A DNA stretch of 64,000 bases from Eledone cirrhosa (lineage: Eukaryota), in NCBI GenBank assembly GCA_964016885.1, contig OZ024748.1:10540001-10604000 (forward strand), given 5' to 3'. Made by a program: the position numbers and the translations under genes. Below the pieces are notes generated by a model, which was not told where the DNA came from, did no database searches, and saw only the letters and a program-made list of their open reading frames with translations. Shown piece by piece: positions 27,316-38,812 of this stretch (its first letter is position 1; every line of letters starts with the position of its first letter).

Positions 27316-30300
27316 TCAGTTGAGGGTCGATCTCTCTCACACACACACTCAGTTGAGAGTCAGTCTCTCTCTCTCTCTCTCAACTTATCCAACACATTGA
27401 AACTAACCTTTCTCTCAATAACAAAAATGTATGGTTTTCTTATATAACTGAGAAGTTGAATTGAAGACAAACTGGGTTGATTTTTTTTTAAAATAATTGG
27501 CTGTGTGTAAAATATTGTCTGGCTTTCTATTTAAAATAATTAAACCTTGGCTGGAAAAGATGTTGAGCCAGATGTTGGAAATGGTGCGGAAATGTTTTTG
27601 TTACTTAGTATATGTCAAATGGAGAAGGTAGATTGGACTGAACTATGGCCGGTAGAGCAAGATGTGCAGAGAAGAAGTTTTGAGAACTGAATAGTGTGTT
27701 AGTGAGAAATGCCATGATGGCTGATGAATGTGGAGCAGCAGAGAAGGATGAAAAGAAACAGAAAGAAGAATGATTTTGAGGATGATTGTAGTATTACTTA
27801 GAGGAAGAGAAAGAATGAAGTGTTGAGGATGAGAGAAATAAAGCCAGTGATGAATGTTGTGGATAGAAAATGGTATGAAATGCTTAAGTTGTGTGTTAAG
27901 GAAGGATGGAAATAGAACCAGTGATGAATGTTGTGAAAAGAAATGGAATGAGATGCTTAGTTTGTGTGTTAAGGAAGGATGAAAGTGACAAGGCTAAGAT
28001 GAGTGATGAAAATAAACATGGAAGGATGTAGAGACAGGTTTGGAGAGACCAAGAAAAACATTACTAAAGATGATGGAGGAGGAAATGAAAGCCAGGAGGT
28101 TGTTGAAGGGGAATGTAGAGGATAGGGCAAAATGGAGAAGCCTGTCATGGGTCTTGCAAGGCTAACCCCTACTTTAGCAGGGAAAACATCCCTAAAGCAC
28201 TTATTTTATGTTCCACTCCATTTAAGGTAATGTAATATTAAATCATTTCTTGTTCAAAGTTTGACTTTGACACAACTAAATTGTTGTTTACTTTCTTTGT
28301 TATTACAGCTACCAGGCAATTCAAAAATATTCATTCTTTTGAAATGAATTTTTTTCTTAATTTTTTATGAAATATTTTCAAGATTTAACTCATTAATTTC
28401 TTTGTAACCATTTCAATTTATTATTAGTATTTTAGTTAACTAACTTCACTAAACTAAAATAATATTCACCAATACATGGTAAACTTAGAAAAATTGTTTT
28501 TTATGCAACTAAGTTCAGCACATCACAATCTCTAGTATACACTCTCTCTCATAAACACATTACCTTTCTCTCTCCCTGATTACCTCTCAATCAACCTCTC
28601 TATCTCTATTTCTAAATATCTATCTATATATTTATCTACCTATCTATCTCCCACTACTACAATGGTATTGACTACACTAAACTAGAGCAGGCTACTGCTA
28701 CCCCCACCTCACCCAATGCGCTATGTTGTGGTGTACCACTTCCTCTCTTTCCACTTTTCTTATTCCTGCTATCACTGTCTCACTCTTGTAAACACTGTTA
28801 CTACTAAATACTCTACACCCAGTCATTCCTCTCCAAAATATTGGAACATCTACCCATGTCCCCCTCTCCCCTTTTTTGTTTTAAATGTGAGATCCTTCAA
28901 AGACTATGGACATTGCCTCTTTCTCCCCATCATCGGAATTAAATATTAAAAAGGTTGATAAAATAAAATAAAATAAAAAATATTTAAATAAAAATATTCA
29001 AAATATTGAAGTCCTTAACTTAGGAAGAAAAAAATGTTTTGTTCATTTATTTAAGGAGATGAAGTTTTGGGATTTCGGATTTTTAATTCTTGTATGTTTG
29101 TCTTGCACTATTTTTTGCTGCTTTCAGACTTTCAGATAATAAGAAAGACAAAATTTACCTCAACATTAAATTTCTTTGTTTTTTTTGTTTTTTTCTCTGT
29201 ATTTCTCTCTCTTTCTATCTATCTATCTTCTATAATACCCCTTCCCCCCAGAAAAAAAAAAGCGGAAGAATTCTTCAAGAAATCCACCATCATCAGACAG
29301 TTCCTCAATTCAACACCTTGTCAAAATCTTTTACTGTTCCTAAAAATTGTCGTTAATTGTCTAATAAAAAGACAAGCTGAGCTTTCAGCCTTCTCTCATT
29401 CTTCATTCTCATTTCAGAGCTTGACAAAGTTAAGCAGCAGACTAATCTTTCAGCGTTCACCATGAAACTGCAGAGAAGAAATTTTCGAGCCATGATGTTC
29501 CTGCATTACTCGAAAGGGAACAGTGCAGCTGACTGTCATGAAATTTTGTATCGATTATTTCAGGATTTAAGTCCCTCTTACAGTACAGTAAAATTCTGGT
29601 TTGGAGAATTTAGACGTGGTAAAGAAGATCTGGATGATGACCAAAGATCTAGCCGCCCTAACGCTTCAATACTCTCTGAAAATATTGAAGTGATAGAGGC
29701 GATGATGCATAATGATAAAAGAGTAACGCCTAAAGAAATAGAAGGCACCTTAAGCATCGGATCAGGAAATGTCAAATGGATTCTGCAGAACCATTTGCGT
29801 TTGAAACAGCACAGCTGCTGTTGGATTCCACAAACTCTAACCGAAACGCAAAAGCAGGCGCGAGTGGAGTGGTGTCAATACATGCTGAAAAAATTTGAAA
29901 ACGGAGGTTCTCCTAAGGTCTGGGACATTGTCGTGGAAGACCAAATTTGGCTCTATCAATATGAACCAGAGACGAAACGGCAAGCTTCTGTTTATGTCTT
30001 TCCTGATGAGGACCCGCCTTTAAAAGTGAAACGGCCGAGAAGCATCGGCAAAACCATGATGGCAACTTACTTCCAAAGAAGTGGCTACTTGGTAACCACA
30101 CCTCCGACAGACAGGGAAATAGTCAGTGCACAGTGGTATGTGACCAAGTGTTTACCACAGTTGTTTGAAGCGATCAAAACGAAGCGCCCAGACTCAGGCC
30201 TCCGCGGCATTCTCCTGCACCACGATGACACTCGCATCAATACTGCTGCAGCGACACTCGACTTCCTGGCCGAAAACCACGTACAGATAATCTCTCACCC

Positions 30301-31247
30301 GGGCTCTAGCCCGGATTTGTCTCCATGCGATTATTTTCTCTTCTCCAAAGTCAAAGAAAAGCTGAGGGGCATCCGATTTGAGAGCCCTGACGAGGCTGTA
30401 CAGGCGCTGGTCAACCAGATGTCCCAACTGTCCAACTTTGAATGGACTCAGTGTTTTGCAAATTGGTTTAAAAGAATGAAAACTTGTATAGATTGTGAGG
30501 GTGACTACTTTGAAAAAACCTGAGTACTTACTGTACTGTAAATTGTATTTTTTTTTTATTTTATTTTTTTTTTTTTTTGGAGAAACCAACCCAAAAAAAA
30601 AATAAAACCGACCAACCAACAAACAAACAATACAGACAATAAAACCAAAAACACAAAACAGTTTTTTGTTGTAAGGTGTTGAGGACAGGAACTCTCTGAA
30701 TGTTAATTGTACATAGCCCACTATTATTATTATTATTATAGCCTATCATTTTCTATTACCTTAGGCAAATTCATAATATTTATCTATCTTCACCCACATT
30801 TTTTTTTCCATTAATATATAATAATAATAACTAACAACATAGTCGTTTAACCCTTTTCTCTCCCACCACCCTCCCCACCCTCCCTTCACCTTGCCTTTGA
30901 TTAAACAAAAACAAAATATTCATACAAAAACAAAATATATATATATAATATACGAAAGCTACTATATATATTAGAAGTTTTCTCTCTTCCTCGTGAGTTA
31001 GCCGTTTTTCATTAGGGGGTGTCTGTCAACTGACCGACCCTTGAAAATTTACTTTCAACTTGTATTGCTGTTATCTTCTCTTTCAGAATCAGAGGCAGCA
31101 ACAGAGAAAGACACAGCAACCACTGTGTCTTCAAATAATGTCTTGCAACAAGCCGAACAGTGGAACGGTGTGACGGACAGCACTCAGGCTACTTCAGAGG
31201 GAACAGCTGATAGTGAGGAGGAGGAGGAGGAGAAAAGCAGCAAATAA
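4728..31247 (+). CDS. SMARCE1: SWI/SNF (BAF) subunit SMARCE1/BAF57, 5'-partial, multi-exon, canonical isoform
   Basis: Phase-consistent GT-AG exons: 4728-4859 ([47 protein letters not shown] box), 14529-14616 ([25 protein letters not shown]), 15607-15647, 18580-18634 (SIQPADDED), 18812-18984 ([32 protein letters not shown] domain), 19163-19264 ([21 protein letters not shown], coiled coil), 19419-19775, 20613-20882, 21384-21494, 25682-26462 and 31087-31247 (stop). The sum is 2271 nt, divisible by 3. Motifs match vertebrate SMARCE1 as I recall them. N-terminal exons were not found in the window. Confidence 0.95.
5326..5541. mobile_element. piggyBac-type MITE (TTAA target duplication, CCC...GGG ends)
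   Basis: ttaa|cccttttgatacc ... ggtaacaaaaggg|ttaa. Relatives at ~2157-2337 and ~40905-41260. Confidence 0.7.
13192..13277. repeat. Minisatellite, 28-bp unit x3
   Basis: gggggtacttcagagtgtgtttgggctg repeated. Confidence 0.9.
15328..15526. mobile_element. TTAA-flanked MITE with a perfect 16-bp TIR
   Basis: ttaa|ctcttaacatcctgta ... tacaggatgttaagag|ttaa. Relative at ~5840-6055. Confidence 0.75.
17398..17490 (+). CDS. SMARCE1: Candidate in-frame SMARCE1 cassette exon (31 aa; 33 aa if the donor after 17496 is used)
   Basis: cttccag|AAC...CGA|gtaaga/gtaagt. Open frame [31 protein letters not shown]; phase 0-0, matching the flanking exons. Confidence 0.6.
21656..21993 (+). mobile_element. tRNA-derived SINE with an RTE-derived 3' tail
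   Basis: A/B-box head (tggcttagtggttagagc...gagttcaattc). Body and tail are shared with the RTE LINE 3' UTR (gttggtgttaggaagggcatccagctgtagaaa...atgatgatga). Confidence 0.75.
22000..22478 (+). mobile_element. Decayed Tc1/mariner (rosa/maT-like) 3' fragment with terminal repeat end
   Basis: Reads (W)[23 protein letters not shown]...[12 protein letters not shown] with stops; ends ...cactctg-TA. This is a different family from the 29462 ORF. Confidence 0.7.
22941..25082 (-). mobile_element. 5'-truncated RTE-like non-LTR retrotransposon (LINE) in a SMARCE1 intron
   Basis: 557-aa ORF at 23293-24966 with RT motifs ([39 protein letters not shown]) and a C-terminal [11 protein letters not shown]...GRPRKTW. 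Has a 3' UTR and a (GAT)n tail at ~22941-22960; no endonuclease domain is present. Confidence 0.92.
25094..25324. mobile_element. MITE-like element with ~71-bp inverted arms, flanked by (TA)n
   Basis: Arms 25094-25164 and 25254-25324 are reverse complements with 3 mismatches. Confidence 0.7.
25682..26462 (+). CDS. SMARCE1: SMARCE1 Thr/Ala/Pro low-complexity exon
   Basis: ttttcag|GAGAAA...ACAG|gtaggt, 781 nt, phase 0 to phase 1; lies within ORF 25670-26488. Confidence 0.85.
29418..30523 (+). CDS. Mariner (DD34D) transposase-derived ORF; candidate alternative terminal exon of SMARCE1
   Basis: 353-aa ORF at 29462-30523 with an HTH region ([12 protein letters not shown]...SRP) and the motifs WIPQTL (WVPHEL-like), [14 protein letters not shown] and [13 protein letters not shown]; 34 residues separate the 2nd and 3rd Asp. 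The acceptor (ttctctcattcttcattctcatttcag|) lies 44 nt upstream of the ATG and is in frame with the phase-1 donor at 26462. Confidence 0.85.
31087..31247 (+). CDS. SMARCE1: SMARCE1 canonical terminal coding exon (acidic tail)
   Basis: tctctttcag|AA TCA GAG..., phase 1, ends [10 protein letters not shown]. Followed by an AT-rich 3' UTR containing AATAAA motifs. Confidence 0.85.
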
Positions 31248-34200
31248 TATTAAATTATTATTTTTTATTTTTTTGTCGGAATTCAAATCAAATCAAATCA
31301 AAGAAAGAAAGGAAAAATAACACCAACAACAACAGCAACAACAAAATCTTAGTTCTACTACTTCATAATAATAGAGAGATTATTCAAAATTTTTTTTTTA
31401 ATTCAGTATGATCCATCATAAGGATAATAATAATTATTAAAAATTTCAAAATTTTCAAAATTTTAAATTTAAGAAAGAAAAAAAAAAGACGAAAACCATA
31501 AACAAACTTTTATCCTTATTCCCAAATTTCTTGGTTATTTCAGCTTCAAGTTGATAAAAAAGATCTCCCAAAAATATCCTCCTCTTCTTTTTTTATTTTT
31601 TTTATTATTATTTTGGTAGTGTTTTTTTTTTTTTTTGTTTTGTTTTGTATATTTTTTTAAATCTGCAACTTCCAAATGATTTTGGTTGTTTTTCTGTTTA
31701 ATAATAATTGCATGACTATGATTTCAGATGTAGCTCCACTACTACCACCACCACCACCACTACCCAGCTAGCTAGTTATTGTTCCTACTACTACTTGTAC
31801 ATTACCACGGCCATTACTGCCACCTAGCTACTTCTATTTCTACTACTACTACTACTACATTATCATTAGTACCATTATCACTACCATCACCACTACAGCA
31901 TGAACCATTAAATAAAGACTCTTACTTACTGACTAGAAAAGTAGTATATATGTTATATACATATATATTTAACTGGCACATGCATGTATGTATGTATACA
32001 CTATGTATACATACAGACATATGTACATATATGAATACAGACACACGCATACATACATATAGGCACACACGGGCACACAAACAGTGAAATAGTTCTGCAT
32101 GCCATTTAAACACCCTAATAAATAAGGTACCTGAAATTACTTGTATGTATGCATCATCATCACCATCACCTCATCATTATCATCATCTCTAGTACTACTA
32201 AGGACCTTGGTGATTTTTTTTTTTTTTTCCCCTTCTTTAGAGAAATAGGGCAGCTAACTAACTACATCCACTAGTAATAATGATCCTCCTAACTTACGAA
32301 TTACCTTGAAGATGATATTATTTTATTTGAGGGGCTATGTTGTTTTAATATTTCTGAAAGTTCCTGTACTCAATTCCTCTATTATTATTATTATTATTAT
32401 TATAAGAACCATTTCATTGTATTTTTTCAAAAAACACCTGATATATATTTCTTATTTCCTATTGAAATAATTATTATTTTTTATTATTATTATTATGTTA
32501 TGTTACCACTTCACCTGTAATAATAATAATAATTGCTATCAAAATCTGCCTAATTGTATAATTATATTTATCCATATATGTAACACACTTTTGCAGTAGA
32601 TTTCTTTTCTTTTTTTTTTTTTTCTTTTTTTTTCTTCCGGATGTCTTGCCTATTATTCTGTCTGTCATTCCTACCTACAGCTGGAGGAGTTCAAATATTG
32701 AGATATGGAAACGGTGTTGGTATCATTGTTGCTGTGTTGATACTACAGCTACTATTACTACTACCACTAATACTTCAACTACAAACTATGCCTTTTTTCT
32801 TTCTCTCTCTCTCGCTCTCCAAATAAACAATGTCTCTTTAAGCTACACACTGCCCTGGAAAGAAAACCAATTATTATTATTATTATCATGTGAGAGTGGT
32901 CTGTTGGCAGAATTGTTAGAGCGTTGGAAGAAATGCTTTAAGGTATTTATTTGTTCCCGCTCTTAACGTTTCTAGGTTCAAATCCCACCAAGGATTGCTG
33001 GCCTTGAGCCTAAAATTAGAAGCAATTATTATTATATGTTCTGTGTTACTATGTATGATGCTCAAAGATCCTTTATGCACTTTAATATTGACTTAGCCTG
33101 CCAGTAATATTGGAACACTTAAAATAATAATGATAATAAAATCAAGTTTTATTATTGTTATTATTGTTTATTAATTACTTAATCGATCAAACAGTAAAAT
33201 TCCTGTACGCAGGAAAAATTTTAAATAGCCAAACAAAAAAATGATAATTTTAAAATTCTACACACGTTTCCCAGCCTATATATAAACAAACTTGAATAAA
33301 TATATATATATATATAATTACATAAACAACACAATATGATTATTTCATTACCGAAGGTTTGAAGAAGCTAGATGATTCTTGCAAGAAACATCCAGTTCGT
33401 TCGTCAGACTAAATAATTATTGTGTTGTTTATGTAATTAAATAGCTCTGTACAATAAATAGAGCACTCTTTTTTCCTTTACCTTTTCTACAGAAATATTT
33501 AACATATATATATTAGTGGTGGGGAAAACAGAAAGAAAGGTGACAAACTGGCAGTCAATAAGGCATCAGAATGCCTTGTGGTATTCATTCCAGTTCTCTG
33601 CCCTCAGTCCAAATTTCACCAAGGCCAACTATGCCTTCTCAGGGTTCGAATAAACAAAAGTACCAGTTGATTTTTCTTCTCCCTATCTATCTATCGCTCT
33701 CTGGAAGAATATCGGCTGTGATCAAGCCTGGAGAGGGATAAGCACCGCCAGGTTAAAAATGCTCAAGGCACGCCTCTGCTCCCATGTCACAGCTTTTTCC
33801 CATTAGGAGTTATGAGATCAAAAACAAAGGAGGAAGGGGAAAAAGACCCTCAAAACAGCAGAGTAAATGAAAGACAAATTGAAAATTTTTGCCACCATTT
33901 TTTACACTTAGTTGAGAGTACATAAAATATGCAAATACATTTGAAAAAAGTGAAGCTGAACTAGGTTTTGGTTTAAGAAGATATTGCAACACCTTTGTTT
34001 TTAATTATTATTATTATTATTATTATTATTAGAGCAGTGGATTGGATGAAGCATTAGAGCAGGCATGGGCAACCTTTTTCAAGCATTGGGCTCATAATAA
34101 GGCAGACCTCACTACTAAAAAATTCAAGGCAGGCAATTTTGAAATTAGGCATGCCATTCAGAAAGCCAAACAGGCTGCAGTTTGCCCATGACTGCATTAG

Positions 34201-35204
34201 AGCTTTAAACATAATGATTTGCAACTCTTTACATTTGGAATTCAAATCCCACCACAGTTAATTTTGCCTTTCATGCTTCCAGCATCGCTAAAATAAAGTA
34301 CCAAAGTCTATTTAACCAAATTTCTTCTGTTGAAAATGCTAGCCATGTGCCTAAATTTGAAAGTATCTTAATTATTAAGGGCAGTGGATTGGCAGAAATA
34401 AACTTTGAAGTATTTACTCTGGGTATTTATGTTCTGTATTGAAATCCTGCCATGATCAAATTAGCATTTCATCCTTCTGGGGTCAGTAATATAAAGTACT
34501 GTGTTTGATTTAATAGACCTCTCATTCTTCTAAAAGTTGTTGGCCTTGTGACTAAATCAGAAACCAATATTATTAAGGCAGCTGTAGTTTGGCAGAATCA
34601 CAAGACCATTGGACAAATGCTTTGCCATATTTATTACAAGTCTTTAACATTTGTATTCCACAATGGTCAATTTTGCTTTTCAATTTTGCTTTTTGTGGGG
34701 TCAATAAAATAAAGTACCAGTCAAATACCGAGATCAATTTAAATGACTATCCCCTCCCTACTAAATTGCTTGCCTTGTGCCTAAATTAGAAACCATTATT
34801 ATTCTTATCTGTTAAGGGTGGTGAATTGCCAGAATAAGAAGAGTATCAGACATGCTTTGTCCCTTTACGTTCTGAGTTCAAATCCTGCCGAAGTTAGCTT
34901 TGTTTTTCAGAGTAGGTTCTAACAAGTGTTAAGCATTTTGGAGTGTTGGTCTGGTATCATTAGGAAGCTATGCTTTCTTAATCTACCACCTCAATTATTA
35001 AACCCCATAATGCACATTCTATGCAAATATGTATATATACACACACACACCTATCTATATATATATATACTTACGATTTATTACAATTTTTCCAAGTGTC
35101 ATTAAATTTGTTTTTAGAGATGAGGAAATATGTTTTGATATTACATTTAAATTTACATACATCTGAATTTAAAAGTCAGATTAAAATGTTTAAAAATCTG
35201 CTTT

Positions 35205-35235
<31 letters not shown>

Positions 35236-36939
35236 ACATATACACACACACATACTCATAGATAATTTCTGATCTTCCCATGCAAGTAATGCATTTATGA
35301 GACCAGGTAGAATACCATTGGTACTAAGAAAGTGTTAACCTCTCCAGGTACACATGTATCTCGCCTAGGTCATTGTGTAATCAGTATTTTTTTCTCGGAA
35401 AGGTTTTAGGGGAGATTTTTTTTCTAGTCTATAATATTGGAGGATTCTTCTAGTCTGATTTTCTTCAGTCCTCTCAAACAGACTACTACTTCAAAGATTT
35501 ATTGTTGTTCCTGGAAGATTTGGGTCAATGTTTCTAGTTTGACTTTTTTTGGCTGTTACAGAAGTGAATATTGTTACCTCACCATGAAATTTTCTGGAAG
35601 GTTTTAGGAATATCTATATTGGTCTTTTAGTACTACTGTGGCTGAAAAGAAAGTGTGGGAGGGACAGTCTGTATTGTAGAGGTCTTATTTGTTATGGCGT
35701 TGACAATGTTCTCACCAGCTGAGCTGTCTACATTCTGTATTAGTTGGTCAGTTTATGATGTAGAAGACATCATGGTAGCCAACAGAGAGTGTTTATTACC
35801 AGCGGATGTTGATGATAGAGAAGCAATATGCTGTCCTTATCTCCATTTTTATATTGATAAAGTCACAAGTGATTGATGACTGTGTTGTAAAGCTATTTGG
35901 ATTTTTTGTCCAGTTTATAGTGATGGGATGTGAGTCTTATTTTCTGCTGCCTCTAAATATACCTACTACTACTATACTGACTTAGGCTTCCAACTGTGAT
36001 TACCTAATCAAACTACTGCTGCAAAGGTGAATGTTGTTTTGTCATAATGTTTCCTGGAAGATTTGGGGGGCATTTTTGTTGTCTACAATTTTCTATGCAA
36101 AGATAGCTCCACAAATTCTGTACAGTTCTGCCAGTATGGTTAATAATATCATCTCTTGTTATGTTGAATAAGATTCAAGGAAACGGTTGCATGCTATATA
36201 CCAAGAACACTTCTCCAGATTTAAAGTATTTCCCTTCTGTATTTGCCCTCTTTCTGCTCGAACAATCACAATAATTGACACTGCCCTGTTTTTATTTCTC
36301 AAGCTTTCCAACAATTATACAATTATATTGCCGTCAAATAATGCTGCCAGCTTTGATGTCCTGCATTTTTCTCACTGTCTTTGTAACTTAATTTCCACTT
36401 TCTGCTGGAACAATCATCATAATTGAGACATCATTATTCCTATTTCTTCAACCTCTCAACAATTAAATTGTTGCTTAACCTTTAGCATGCTAGAAATTTA
36501 TATGAATTGCTTCCCTTGACACTGCATTATGTATTAAAGAGAGATTACTCTATTGGCGACATAATGCGCTTGGAGCATCCAGACGGTTACCAGCTTTAAT
36601 ATCCTTCCCACCCTGTTTTTTTTTCACCATCTCTAACTTTATTTTCACTTTGTATCACAACAATCACCATTATTCAGACATCTTCTCTGTCTTTAATTAA
36701 CTCCATTCTTTAGCAATGCTGACAGCTTTAAGGAGTCGACAAGATCCCAGACCTAATTCTTGCATCAAGTGGGGTGAAACAATGTTTCCATTTGTCTTTC
36801 CGTTTCTGATACTATCTACTGCTTGCAACTCTTGGCTTTAATATCTTGCATTATTCTCACCATCTTTGTCACTTTGGTCCCTTTTTCTATTAGTCACTCA
36901 ATCACGAGTTGAGTTTCCTTTGTCTTGATCCAGTATTAT

Positions 36940-37190
36940 CACTCCAAGATCCATTAAATTTCCTCAAGTGTCATTACATAACATCCAGATATGTTGTTGC
37001 AGGACGACCTCTACTTCTATGCCCGTGCACAGGCTTCCATAAAGGAATACAGCTGACGCACTCGGTTTTTGTTCTGCAAAACATCCTTCTTAGATGAACA
37101 ATATCTGACATGGGAGGACTATCCAGATAGAGTTCTCTGTTTGTGACTCTGTCGCCAAGATATGTTGAAAGCGTGCCTCAGGAGTCTCTA
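36940..37190 (-). mobile_element. Degenerate RTE-like LINE C-terminal fragment
   Basis: The minus strand reads LLRHAFNISWR / VTNRELY / LWKPVHGHRSRGRPATTYLD, with frameshifts. Confidence 0.6.
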
Positions 37191-38792
37191 TTGCAATGGT
37201 AACCATAATTTAGGCATCCCCTTTGTATCCATTAACTGACCTCCCAACACTTACAGTATTGTTTCCCCTATGTTGCCAGCCATCAATCTCCTGCATTTTT
37301 CTCACCATATTTTCAATTTTGCTTTCCCTTTTTATTGCAATAATTACCATAATTGAGACCCTCCTCCTTTTTATTTTATTTAGCCAACCACCTAACAATT
37401 ACAATATTATTTAACAAGCTGCCAGCTTGAAAATCCTTCATTTATAATTTATATTCCTTCTTTCTATTAATGATCACCATAAGTGAGACATCCCTCTCTT
37501 TTCCTTAATTTATCTGATCTCCCATCATTTTACATTGTTACCATACCATATTATTGCCAAACCTTCATATGAATGGAAAGCTGTCAGGTATGATGTCCTC
37601 TTGTCAATATTTTCTTCTCACCAACCACCACCATTAGATGAGCTGTCTAGATCTGTATCAGTTGATACATCAAGTAATGTAGAAAATACAACAATCACTA
37701 ACAATGTATTTTTACTGGCAGATGTTTGTGATACAGAACTGCTATGACTTCTACCTTTGCTCCCCTCCTTGTGCTGCAGCCAACCTATTCGGTCAAGGGA
37801 TGCAGCAAATCACAAGTAATTGGTCTGAGGCAGTGTGTTAGATTCCCCAAGAAGCCTTTATTACTATCATTTGTTGGTCATATCATATTAGCAAAATTGT
37901 GTTAGAGCAGGGAATTAAATGTCTCAACTTCTGTCTGGGAGGTCAGTAACTCCACTTCAGTATTGACTTGGTCTGTGAAGACCCATCCAACCATTGCAAG
38001 CCAGGAAAGCAAACATTAAATGATGGTGGTGGTGGTGAGTGTTTTATTTGTCCTGGCTCTGTGCATATCTTGCTGAAGTCAACCTTTGCGTTTTCATCCT
38101 TTTGAAGGTTGACAAACGAATTCCTAGTCCAAGGATAATGGACTGACAGAATTGTTAAAGAGTTGAATGTAAGGCATTGCAGTATATCTGTTCCAGCTCT
38201 GTGTGCATTCTGAATTCAAATTCCCTCCTTGCCATTGGTAAAAAGGTGACACTTCTGCCAGGAATTGTACAAGTGACAAATTGTATCAGTAAGAAAGACC
38301 AAATAAAAACATTGTTTCTTCGGTCTGATTTAACAATGAACTCCTTTCCTTTCCATTTTTTTGGAAGGTAGGGTATCATCTCAATCATCTATCTGCCAAA
38401 GAACCCCCCCCCCCCCCCTCTTTTTTTTAATCAGCTCCTCAGATAACTGCTATGTGATGTCATCTTTAAATTAGTTTATATATATTATAATAATATGGAC
38501 GAGGTGTCAAATTTTCATTACATTTATTGAGGTGTGACGTCCGTTTTGCAATTGATCAGCTGAAGGTTCGATCTGCATCAATCGGGTCCCAACTCTGGAA
38601 TTAAAAGCTCATCAGACTTCTGTTCGTACAATGACGGAATGATTCCCGTTCATACACATACATATATGTTTCACTCCATTTTTGTTTGTCTGCTTTTTTT
38701 TTTTTTTTGTGTCTCATGCTAACTTTGCTGCACCGGTCTATCTACATGGAGTAGCATCCATGTCTTATCTTTAGACCGTAAACCTAGTACTG

Positions 38793-38812
38793 TTACTGCC
38801 ACCTAGTGGACA
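38793..38812 (-). promoter_or_regulatory. CTCF-like binding motif
   Basis: The minus strand reads TGTCCACTAGGTGGCAGTA, matching the CCASYAGRKGGCRS consensus. Confidence 0.5.

Noticed and set aside
29462-30523. Simple recent autonomous mariner insertion
   Set aside because: Disfavoured, not excluded: no TIRs or TA duplication are visible, the motifs have drifted, and an in-frame acceptor and poly(A) signals flank the ORF.
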